64,000 bases of DNA, taken from the NCBI GenBank assembly GCA_963837175.1, contig CAWIMJ010000008.1, positions 1 through 64,000 of the forward strand. Direction: 5' to 3'. The translations under genes and the position numbers were made by a program. Position 1 is the first letter of the stretch; every line of letters starts with the position of its first letter. Positions 46,179 to 56,384 of the stretch are shown piece after piece. The DNA comes from an uncultured Nitrososphaeraceae archaeon. Lineage in GTDB: Archaea > Thermoproteota > Nitrososphaeria > Nitrososphaerales > Nitrososphaeraceae. The notes below the pieces were generated by a model, which was given only the letters and a program-made list of their open reading frames with translations, was not told the origin of the DNA and did not search any database.

Positions 46179-47189
46179 ATGAGTAAATTTACTAATATAG
46201 TAATTAGTGTTATTTTCTGCTTTACTTTAGCCTTTAATCCCTCCATAGTAACAGCTTCAAATAATAGTGCTAGTATGGAAACCAACAACAATACTAGTGC
46301 AATTGCAACATTAAAGGATCCCAACACAGCTAGTAAACTAAATGTTGTTGCTTCGTTTTATCCCATATTAGAATTTGTCAAAAAGGTTGGAGGTAATAGA
46401 GTTGAAGTCTCTAGCCTGATTCCACTGGGTGGGGAACCCCATGACTTTGAGCCTACAATACAACAGATACAGAATGCAGAAAAGGCAGATATGCTAGTAT
46501 ACAATGGCGCTGGTTTTGAGGGACCATGGATAAAGAGGATTAACGCCAAATTTGTAGTCGATAGCAGTAAGGGATTAAACTTAACTAAAAGTAGCGGTGA
46601 AGAGCCTGGTAGTAACAACGAACGTGCAGATGAGCGTGATGATAAGGCGAAGGGGACGTTTGATCCTCACATATGGTTGGATCCTGTACTAGCAAAACAA
46701 CAGGTTAAAAATATTCTATATGGACTGATAACTATTGATCCAAATAATGCACAGTATTATTCTGAAAATGCCAGAACATTTATGTCAGAACTTGATTCTC
46801 TAGATGCAGCGATAAGATCAGAATTATCTGGTTGCGAAAAGAAGGAATTCATATCCTTTCATAACGCATTTAGTTACCTTGCACATAGATACAATCTAAC
46901 TCAACTCAGTATACATGAAACAGTTTCTCCAGCAGGTGAAATTTTACCTCAACAGATACAAAAACTTATAGAGATATCCAGGAGTAAAGGAATAGATACA
47001 ATCTATTCTGAAGACTTGCTTGATCCTCGTCTTGCTAATGTTATTGCGCAAGAAATTCCTAATGGCAAAGTCCTTATTCTGAGTCCCTTGGAAGGTTTAG
47101 ACCAACAGGAACAAAAAGCAGGTATCGGATATGTTCAAAAGATGAATGAGAATATTCAAAATCTCAAAGTTGGTCTTAAATGTAAATAA
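46179..47189 (+). CDS. znuA: Zn/Mn ABC transporter substrate-binding protein
   Basis: VVASFYP, EPHDFEP, DPHIWLDP, FHNAFSY, LSPLEG. Confidence 0.9.
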   Translation: MSKFTNIVISVIFCFTLAFNPSIVTASNNSASMETNNNTSAIATLKDPNTASKLNVVASFYPILEFVKKVGGNRVEVSSLIPLGGEPHDFEPTIQQIQNAEKADMLVYNGAGFEGPWIKRINAKFVVDSSKGLNLTKSSGEEPGSNNERADERDDKAKGTFDPHIWLDPVLAKQQVKNILYGLITIDPNNAQYYSENARTFMSELDSLDAAIRSELSGCEKKEFISFHNAFSYLAHRYNLTQLSIHETVSPAGEILPQQIQKLIEISRSKGIDTIYSEDLLDPRLANVIAQEIPNGKVLILSPLEGLDQQEQKAGIGYVQKMNENIQNLKVGLKCK

Positions 47190-48058
47190 AAAATAACAAA
47201 TGTATCGATAAATCTTTTTTAATGGACATAGATATGAGAGACAAGTTATCAAATATTCGGAAGCAGGAAATGATATTCAACTTTACCATAATTTTATGAT
47301 TCAGAAGACAACATAATTGATTACTGTGCAGCTGTTATAAACGAAGGATAGTAGGAAAAAGTCGCTTTCATTATTGTGGAAAATTTAAGGAATGATATCT
47401 TATCAGATGCTATATTATCTATTATTCAACTTACATTCGCATAAAAAACTTTTCAAAATTAGGTATGTGTCATAAAAGAACCAAAAATTTTCCTAACCAC
47501 ATAAGATCTTCCTCCTTGTCACACATAACTTCTTGTCATATAAAAAAATGTCCATATTTTTAGCATCTGTGTAGGAATACTTTTACTTCTTCTTAGTTAT
47601 TCTTATACATTCTTCTAGGTCCTTTGCTTTAAATCCAGCACCAATGACGTTTTTATGAGATTTGTTAGTAAAAAATCGTTTGAGATACTACCGCTCCTAT
47701 TGTTTCTAACAAGTCATGTTGAGATTTTAACTTCTAACTAGAAAGTGTCCGTATTATTATTATTAATATCTAAAATAGAAGATAATACTGCTCTTGTTCA
47801 CATAATGCTGAATATAAGAGTATTTTATTCAGAATGTCAAGTAAGCTAATGAGGCTACACTGTGACTACTATTGAGACTTTATTCTAAAAGTACTATCAG
47901 TGAGAGAAGCAATGGAGAATGATCATTGAAATAACATATAAAATGGGGCAACTATCAGTTATTTCTTTCATTTAGGATTTTTGTATTTCTATAAAAAATC
48001 AAACGAAGTATGTCATACTTGACGCATTTAAATAATGAGTTTTTGTTATTCTATACAT

Positions 48059-48337
48059 ATGGCCGCTACTGGATTCTTAGTATTTTATCGATTTAAAGCA
48101 ATGACTAGAGAAGAAACAGAAAGAGCTAAAAATCAATGGAATGGACTGAAGGATACCCTGCCTTCTGGTATAGAGCTTGTAGGAGAATATGTCCGTGCAT
48201 GGGGTACTGAATATAATGGTTTTTTGCTACTTGAAGCTGAAACGGCAGACTCATTTTTGGATTGGTGGTCAAAGTTTAAGGATACTATTAGATGGTACGT
48301 AGAGGAAACACACACAATAGTAGCAAGAAGAACATGA
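48059..48337 (+). CDS. Small dimeric alpha/beta-barrel-like protein (GYD/DUF3303-like)
   Basis: GIELVGEY..AWGTEYNGFLLLEA pattern. Confidence 0.55.
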   Translation: MAATGFLVFYRFKAMTREETERAKNQWNGLKDTLPSGIELVGEYVRAWGTEYNGFLLLEAETADSFLDWWSKFKDTIRWYVEETHTIVARRT

Positions 48338-48879
48338 TGTAATTTTATAAAGATATGCTTTTAGTTACGGAAAATACATGTAAATAGAGTTAACTTTATC
48401 TTTATATCTAAAAAAATTTTTTAACGCAATAAGAATACAAATGAATTTATAATAATGAGATTTATTCATTAATTATTAATTATCTAAAGATACTGAAACT
48501 AATAATCAAATAACAAACAAAGGATAATTGAGGATTCAACAGACTCAGAGGAATGCAAATGAAATGAGTCATCATGTCCAGACAAGTATGGAATTCAAGT
48601 CGACCCTAATACCAGTTAGTTATTATATTTTACTCGTCTCTAATACTGCAGTGCTTTCTAAAACGGGTCTGTTCTTATTACAAAAATATCACTATATTCA
48701 AATGATATTATACCATTTAAGATAGAACTGAGGAAGACGCTTTACCAAAATAGAATAGAAAACCACAGGAAAGGATGCGACAATAATTGAGTATTTCAAC
48801 CAAACACAACGATCTGAATACATAACAACAAAAATAAAAGTCCCGTCTATCAATCGTTAGGACACATTTAGACCTACTT

Positions 48880-49083
48880 TCACGTTCTGATGGTTAGAAG
48901 CTCACTATATCCCTGATTCGACGGCTGCAAAGACAAGATAACTTTGTTAAAGATTTCAAGATCCATAGCCTCGATTCCTGTTGGGCCGATGAAGAATAGC
49001 TGGAACAGGAACTTGAGCAGCGCCAAAATGACTATTATAGCCACAATGACAATGATTATGTATACTAATGTACCTAAGACCAT
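48880..49083 (-). CDS. Small single-TM membrane protein
   Basis: MVLGTLVYIIIVIVAIIVILALLKFLF. Confidence 0.55.
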   Translation of the reverse strand: MVLGTLVYIIIVIVAIIVILALLKFLFQLFFIGPTGIEAMDLEIFNKVILSLQPSNQGYSELLTIRT

Positions 49084-49156
49084 TTACAAATCTCGTGTTA
49101 AAATAGGATATATCTATTTGAAGACAGTTTTAGGTAATATTATTCTAATACGTGAC

Positions 49157-49167
49157 GTAACGGAGCC
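49157..49167. repeat. Solo IS6-like terminal repeat
   Basis: taacggagcc, identical to the last 10 bp of the IS end at 51976-51985. Confidence 0.4.
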
Positions 49168-49810
49168 GTTTCAATATTGAATCGTTTGTTCGTTAATACT
49201 TAATACTGTGCAATGAATTATCATGTTAGTTTATCTAGTTCTTCTAAATGAATTACCTCATTTGCGGCAGTCCTCTAATTATATCAAATTCTCATTATCG
49301 CCATGAAAATAAAAACCCTAACCCTTATCAGAGCATTTTTCAGGTCCAACTAGGTCTAAGTAATCAAGTTAGTAATGCGGCATGCTTTAATTGCACATCT
49401 TAGGTTGCCTTGCAGCCATTAATTGTTGCTATGTCGCAAAGCTCCATTATTTTGATAGCCACACAATGACACAAGCCACAGTAAGGTAGGTAGACATGGT
49501 GGAAGGGGCAGCCAACGCAGTCTACATTAGACATGAACTTTCATCAGAGGTTATGCCAAAGCGTCAGAGTATCTTTTCCAGGAAAATAGAAAAAGCGACA
49601 TTGGCATAGAGCAATCATGGATAGGTAGGCGGTGACAATCATACAAAAAAGGCGAGTTTAGAACATAACTAGAATCATGAACATTAAAAAATGTAATGAT
49701 AAGAGCTCGAGTTGTCTATGGGAATTGCAGCCGGCTTTAGTAGGAATACAATTTCGTCAGACACCAACCGTCAATAGAGAGTCATCATTAGAATGTCGTT
49801 GAGTTCTAGT

Positions 49811-50980
49811 TCATATCTCCGAGCTTCGGGTTACTGCGAGCAGGACAGGCTGCGCGTCGATGCGAACGCGGAATAGCGTATAGGGTTTGCGGCGCAAGTC
49901 GTGTCCTCTGTGAAAGCGCGCCTGGCGGTGCAATTGGTTAGCCGTGACGTAGAGATACCCGTCCGCTGCCAGCGATAGTGTGTCCGGCCATAAGAGTCGC
50001 GGATCGTGGACTACTGTCTCCCAATTGCCCTCTGGTCGTCGCCGTAGGATAGCGTTGTGTTCGTAGTTAGTAGAGTAGATATATCCTGCCGCATCCGATT
50101 CAAGCCCGTCCGAGGCGCCGCCCCTGTCTCCCTCATATATCACGGCGGCAGCGACCTCTCTTTCGTCGCGCGACCTATCAACGAGTGCGTTCGTATCCAC
50201 GCTGTACAGCTTACGGCTGCCAAGCGGGCAGTAATACAGACGCCTTCCGTCTGCGCTGATTGCGATGCCGTCCGAGCCCATGCTGGCGCCCTGCTTTACA
50301 GATCCGTTTGGCTCATGCTCTAGCAACGGTCGCCCTTCGACAATCGGGAGAAACGTTTGTAAATCCTCTGCCTTGGTCGATGGATGGTCGTGGAGTTGAC
50401 GCCAGCTATCGCCGGACGCTAAATCCACGACGATGATTCCGTTCGGTCCCCTTTGAGCAGAGTCGGTGATGAATGCCATGCCTTCTCTGCCTCGCCGCAG
50501 ATCAAAGCGCACGTCGTTGAGATAAGTAGTCGACAGAGCCACCTCCTGTGGAAAGAGAATCTTCTTAACGACCTGATCCGTTTTCAGATCGACGCCGATC
50601 AGCTTCGGCCCACCGAATTCGGTAGGCTGGAACAGTGGGCTGCCGGTATCGAGAATCCAAAGATGGTCTGCCGGATCTACAACAACTGATTGTACTGACA
50701 CAAGCGCCGCCGCCAAATCGTCTGGGTTGGTTTGATTCATTGCCTCATCCGGGTAGGCGATCGACTCACCGTCCTGGATTTCGGCGACTGTGAATGCGAC
50801 GTCGTCGCCCCATTTTGGAAAGTTGACGAAGATCCGTCCTTGCTGCGATACCGTTACGCCAGTAGGCATCGCACCATTAAAATAAGCTACTGGCTCCAAC
50901 GCACCCACCGGCTCATCGGCTGGCAACTTTCGCGGCGAAATGTTCGTTGGCGACTTCTCTTTTCGACGACTGGTTGACAT
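49811..50980 (-). CDS. Major royal jelly/yellow (L-dopachrome tautomerase-related) beta-propeller protein
   Basis: MPTGVTVS..GRIFVNFPKW, LWILDTG, YLNDVRFD, GSDGIA, LLWPDT, NQLHRQ; markedly GC-rich. Confidence 0.9.
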   Translation of the reverse strand: MSTSRRKEKSPTNISPRKLPADEPVGALEPVAYFNGAMPTGVTVSQQGRIFVNFPKWGDDVAFTVAEIQDGESIAYPDEAMNQTNPDDLAAALVSVQSVVVDPADHLWILDTGSPLFQPTEFGGPKLIGVDLKTDQVVKKILFPQEVALSTTYLNDVRFDLRRGREGMAFITDSAQRGPNGIIVVDLASGDSWRQLHDHPSTKAEDLQTFLPIVEGRPLLEHEPNGSVKQGASMGSDGIAISADGRRLYYCPLGSRKLYSVDTNALVDRSRDEREVAAAVIYEGDRGGASDGLESDAAGYIYSTNYEHNAILRRRPEGNWETVVHDPRLLWPDTLSLAADGYLYVTANQLHRQARFHRGHDLRRKPYTLFRVRIDAQPVLLAVTRSSEI

Positions 50981-51181
50981 GGTTTTCTACTCCTTATCCT
51001 ATGATTTAACCTTACCAACATTCAGCTTGAATGCTGCCGCATCTGCTTCTGAGATGTCTTGATTGTGCTGACTCGAATCGTTACTAAGCCGCTGGCGCAA
51101 CTACCTCCCTGTTTCTTTAGCAGAATTCCTTTAACAAAGATCATGATTCGGCCACTATTTGATGAAGGGATTCCGAAAAAA

Positions 51182-51985
51182 GGCTCTGTTAACTTAAGAA
51201 CATCATCATTATCTCATTTCGAATAAGGTTATTATGAATATCCGCAAACATACTCAACCAATTTATAACGTGATACAATTTGCATCTTTTCTTCTTCTTC
51301 TTAGTACAAGGAAAATAATAATCATCATTAAAACTTTCAGTCCTGTACTTAAAATATTGTACTGTTTCTTTCTTTCTATATATGAGATACTTTTTTCAAA
51401 TGAAGAATATATGTAGATGATGATGATGTTTTAATTTCAGAAATTTGCAGGCTTGTGATGGTGGTAGATACCATGTACCACCACCATCTGAAGATACTTT
51501 ACTTTATGTTTTCCATAATTTATTACTAAATGCTTTAGAAACTGTTCTGCTACTACTTACTACTACTACAATCATATTTCTTCTTCTTTCCAATGAAAGG
51601 TGAATTCCTAAAACTTACTTCCTTATTTATTGGATGGTTCTATAATAGCAACGAATCCATAACCAGAAATAGTCCTTGCCTATTTGAATGAATTAGGGTT
51701 TCATCAATGATAAATTCAGAAATCCTTTTTCTTTTACACAGTATATTTTTTGGGGATTATAATGATGCTGCTGTAACCACTTTTAAATTGAAACATGACT
51801 TCTTTTTTTAACAAATGGAGATAAAGCTTTTGTGGACGTATCTCTAAAAGATAATCCTAAAAAATAATATAAGTATAACCCATAACAAACGTACTTTGCA
51901 GACGTTCTGTTTCTTTTAAATAAATATGTGCATAAAAGAAGTAGGATTCATCCAGCTATAGATTTATCGCAAAGTTAACGGAGCC
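51182..51985 (-). mobile_element. Decayed IS6-family insertion sequence with both TIRs
   Basis: TIRs ggctctgttaactt / aagttaacggagcc (13/14). Fragments KRNRT..YGLYLY.FLGLSFR, RSHVSI, FIIDET, YGKH..SDGGGTWY, ACKFLKL, RTESF.D.YFPC match archaeal IS6 DDE transposase, with many stops and frameshifts. Confidence 0.85.
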
Positions 51986-52194
51986 TTTCGTTTCATAATC
52001 AGTTATAGTAGATACACGCTACTATACATACGAACTTTTATTTTTTAGTACTGTCATAGCAATTACTTGTTCTCTTTGTAAAGCAATAATCCAAAAAAAA
52101 ATTTTCACGTAAAGCTTAATAGATATTAGTCCTTCGCTCCTCTAAGATAATTGCCGCTGTTACTACCACCCCTCTTCAAATAACAAAAAATAGT

Positions 52195-52984
52195 TTGAAA
52201 GATATCCCTGATAATATTAGATTAAGTATTATAGAGTATACAAAACAATTTGAAAACAGAACAATATCACTTTTGATAAAATGTGAGGAAGATGTTAACT
52301 TTCAGAAGAAGTTGGATCAGGCAAATCGGGAGTTTTTCTATTATATTTTTCAGACAATATCAATAGTTTTAAAATACCCAAATGCAGTTAATATCCTAAA
52401 GAAAGTAGCTGAATCTTGTTATTCTAACTCTCTAGAATTAGAGAATAAAATTGTCTTCTCAAAGAAAACGAGATTAGCGAAAGATTCAAATGATCTACCG
52501 ATCGCGAGAATATTGTTAAAGTCCGTAAGAGTATTACGAAACTATGTCATCTGTGTTAATAATAAAAAAATAGACTGTATTAAATCTGAATACTATGCGT
52601 CTATACTGGAATCGTATGGTAATATTTCAGTATGTATCGCTGCACTGCGTATGATTTTTGGCGGAAAAGTTAGAGCCTCCAATTCTAATACTCAAACTTA
52701 TCAAGGCTTGTGGCATCCATGCAGAAAGGTCAAAAGATTATTTGGAGATCATAATAAAAGGGAACAAATCCGGACAAATTTATTCTACCAAAGTAGTTAA
52801 TGATATGGATAGTAGAATCAACATAGCTAGAAGTAGTGGACTAAAATCTATTCCACAATTTGATCTAAATGCAATATTCAGGCTAGATGGAATTATTGGA
52901 AGACAGTTAATGTCAAATGGTAAATTAGATTCAGTTGAAATAATCAAATCAATAAGAGAGAGTGTTACCAGTGGATGGCGATGA
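52195..52984 (+). pseudogene. Hypothetical protein upstream of PIN gene, frameshifted near 52650
   Basis: Overlapping ORFs 52195-52800 and 52658-52984. Confidence 0.5.
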
Positions 52985-53587
52985 TGGTGATCATTATGAA
53001 CCACAGGCAAAAGATTTAACATATATTGATACTACCGTCTTTTTAGCTTATTTACTTGGAAATGCTAATGACCCAAAACAATATCCTTTAGCCAAGGACT
53101 TTTTTATAGCATTAGCCAACAGTAAAGAAAATCAAGGTGCAAGAAAAAGACAAGGAATCCTATCAATTCTAGTTTTGATAGAAATTCTTGCTGCTCTTAG
53201 AGGACAGAAGACTAAAGAATTTGAACTTTTAAAATCTATCACTTCTGAGACCAAGCGCACAGAGTATGTAATAAGTGAGGCTAACAAATACCCCAAATTC
53301 AATATATGGGGCCTTTAAATATTGATGTTAACAATCTTCTATATTCAACTTTTATCACTTTATCTAATATTAGAGATTCAATCAAATTTCTCAATCGATG
53401 TCGGCACTGTGGAACGAAAAGAACCTACAAATTTCTTGCTGTTCATAAAATTGTGGGTAGCATTGATATTATTCACGTACTGCTAGCGAAAGAACTAAAA
53501 TGCAATGAATTCGTGACACTTGATCATTCTTTTGAAGAAATTAAAATGTATATGCGGCCACTAAAAATAAAAATTCTCAGATCATAA
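52962..53587 (+). pseudogene. PIN-domain (VapC-like) protein, frameshifted near 53310
   Basis: YIDTTVFLAY, SILVLIEI, GSIDIIHVLLA..LKCNEFVTLD..F; CRHC insert. Confidence 0.75.
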
Positions 53588-53794
53588 CATAAGAAGTCTT
53601 CATTAGGACTTAATTTGTGACGATATCTCATGGCTACCGATCTGCTTTTGTATAAGTATAGCCTATCCTATCTTGTAATAAATATCACCAATATATAGAG
53701 TTCAGTGTCAACCAAAGTAATAGATAAGAAATTTGTTAATTACCAATGATATAATCTGTATTATAATATTTTAGTCTTTTTTACATTTTCAATT

Positions 53795-54250
53795 TTAATA
53801 TATCTCCTCAATATGATGAATTCCCTGATCTTCTTGTCTAACTTCTTTCATGTAATGCGAATGAATATCTCCATCATCATAAACCTGAGCTGCTTTCAAA
53901 TAGTTGCGTTGTGAATCATCATCAGGTGATTGCGAGATGGTGGCCATTACGTCTAAATGAACAGGAGATTGAGAAGGCAACAACTCTCTAATAGACATGG
54001 GTATATCGTCACCCATTTCATCTGTGCTATAATAAATGTTCAAAGCAAAGAATCTCCCACCAATATTTCCCAATTCAATAATTGTTGGTTTAGCTTGTTC
54101 CTTAGCAGTTTCTTGTGCAGATATTACTGATCGGATTTTATCATAATTCAATTCAAGAGATCTAGCTAATTTCTCTTTGTCTTCTTCAGAGAAAGGCTTG
54201 CCTAATTTATTGGTTAATTGTACAAATGAATTTTCTATTCGTACAAGCAT
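53795..54250 (-). CDS. Hypothetical protein
   Basis: 151-aa clean ORF. Confidence 0.55.
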   Translation of the reverse strand: MLVRIENSFVQLTNKLGKPFSEEDKEKLARSLELNYDKIRSVISAQETAKEQAKPTIIELGNIGGRFFALNIYYSTDEMGDDIPMSIRELLPSQSPVHLDVMATISQSPDDDSQRNYLKAAQVYDDGDIHSHYMKEVRQEDQGIHHIEEIY

Positions 54251-54805
54251 AAAGTATTATATCTACACGAATATAAAAAGAGAAAAGTCAAATTTACATG
54301 TCAGCCTTTCTTTGATTTTAAGTCTTTCATATTCTTTTTATGTAAAAGATGAAGCAGAAGAAGAAGAGCATGTTTTTGTCCAAGCAATAAAATAGTAGGA
54401 CTATGTTCTTTGTAGTAATACAAATACTGCTCTGATGATATTATCCTTCCAAAGGTAATTGAGCTATTATTTCAGAAGTTCAAAGCAAGAAGAGAAGTTC
54501 ATCCTCTAATGGTCTTTGATAACTTAAAGAAGGAATTTCAAGTAGAGCTAGAGGACTAGTAAACTTTGATGGCTGAGAGAATAATAATTATCTAGAAACG
54601 ACCTCTGGAAGCGGCCTATTCAATTATTCGTCGAATCAATACATGCCCTTGGTTGTACTTAGAATGAACTACTTATCTATCACAACCCTCAATGAATACA
54701 ATTTTTAGTCGTTATTACCATTTTATACCAGGGTTATAATCTAAAAGATATGAAGAGAACTACTGCTCTTGCTGCCAATTCAACAACAATAATAAAAAAA
54801 AATAC

Positions 54806-55123
54806 TTGACGCTAAGAGAGATCACACCTCAATGGTTCGAACGGTTAAATAAGATATTTAATGAAAATGATGGGGATATTGTCAACGAACTATATTCTGA
54901 AATTAATGATTATGCAAGATGCATAGTAGGAGAAGCATATGGATACGACTCGTCATATGTTATACAAGGAACTAAGAAGTATTGTCAGGAATGTGTTGCA
55001 ATGAGTGGTAGACTTTCTTACGCACTTAGACGATACAATAAACCCAAACTTGAAGAAATTATAGATATATTTACAAAGCATTGGAATGAAAAACATATTT
55101 TTCAAGAAGAATTAACGGGATAG
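54806..55123 (+). CDS. Hypothetical Cys/His protein
   Basis: CIVGEAYG...YCQEC...KHWNEKH. Confidence 0.6.
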   Translation: MTLREITPQWFERLNKIFNENDGDIVNELYSEINDYARCIVGEAYGYDSSYVIQGTKKYCQECVAMSGRLSYALRRYNKPKLEEIIDIFTKHWNEKHIFQEELTG

Positions 55124-55921
55124 AATCTATGCAATATGCGCTCATACATTGTTGAGAGTAGATATTCTTCAAAGGATCAAAGTTGTATAGATAGTACAAG
55201 ATATAATTGCAATAAACTTTTCTCTGGAGAATGAGGAAGACTGCTCTTGCTGCTACTGAGAAATATGTAAAGGTTGCCAGAACAAATGAAATTGCCAATA
55301 AATAGAAGTAGGCATGTATAACTGGACATAAAAGAGATACTAAATAGCAATTTGACCCGAGCCGTCCTGCTGAGAACGTTGCCGATGATCATTTTGATAC
55401 ATAAGAGAAAAAAATATTCGTTAATAATTTATCTTGTCAGAAGATAACATAGTTGTTGGTCATAAACACAGTAGTACTGGAATCTCAAAAGATGAGGATG
55501 ACGCTTGGCAACCTCCCTCCCATCCGGTAGGTAATTAAATCGTACTAAATTGAGATTCTGTTAACGAAATATACTCAGCATGTAATGAGATAAATAATTA
55601 CGGAATATGTGTTATTGGAGAAGAACATGTATTTTGATAATCTTATGCCATCTAGAAAATAATAATAATAGTTGTCAAGATTGTAATGCATCTAGCAATA
55701 ATTTTGCCTTATATCTAAGACAACCTTATCATCAAAAGGTTGCGTACATTTTAGGAAATTAAAAAATACAGGCGATATACTAAAATGCAGAGATTATAAG
55801 CATTATTATTGTTATTAGACCTTCATATTAACATGATGTAACGTTGTCCTTTGCTTTTCTATTAGGTCTCTACTGTCTAATATCATATTTAATTTAGAAT
55901 TCCTAGTATCCTAATTTATTT

Positions 55922-56134
55922 TCATTTTTTTGAGAAGTGTCCTTTGTGAGTCGTAATGTATAGCTGCTTGGGTTCAACAAATTGCAAAAGGCCTTTATCT
56001 ACCAGTTCTGCTAGAATTTTTCTTAATTGGGCATCCGAAATAGATAAACTATCCTTCATCTTAGCTTTTGTGCTTCCGTTTTTAGAGCACTTCAGTAATT
56101 TAACAATTGTATCTTCTCTACCTCCAAGAGCCAT
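55922..56134 (-). CDS. Small winged-helix protein
   Basis: NGSTKAKM...S..QL.K.L.ELV.KGLL.....YITT.KG. Confidence 0.7.
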   Translation of the reverse strand: MALGGREDTIVKLLKCSKNGSTKAKMKDSLSISDAQLRKILAELVDKGLLQFVEPKQLYITTHKGHFSKK

Positions 56135-56384
56135 GATATTTTCTTTGTATTAATACTACCGCATTAATTTATTATCTTTAACAACTTGGAATTAGAATAA
56201 ATTTTTGTGTAACTTGATAATTGCACTTTAATTGATAAATTTATTTTGAATATTTATCTTTATTACAGTCATGATAAATATTGTTGTTGATAATACTCTT
56301 AATAATCATCGTTTTTTCTTATCAATCTATACATATATTCTTAAATAGCTTTAGTAAATAATTGCTTATTAATCATTATTTACA

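Noticed and set aside
50057-50977. Plus-strand ORFs inside the MRJP gene
   Set aside because: Antisense shadows favoured by high GC
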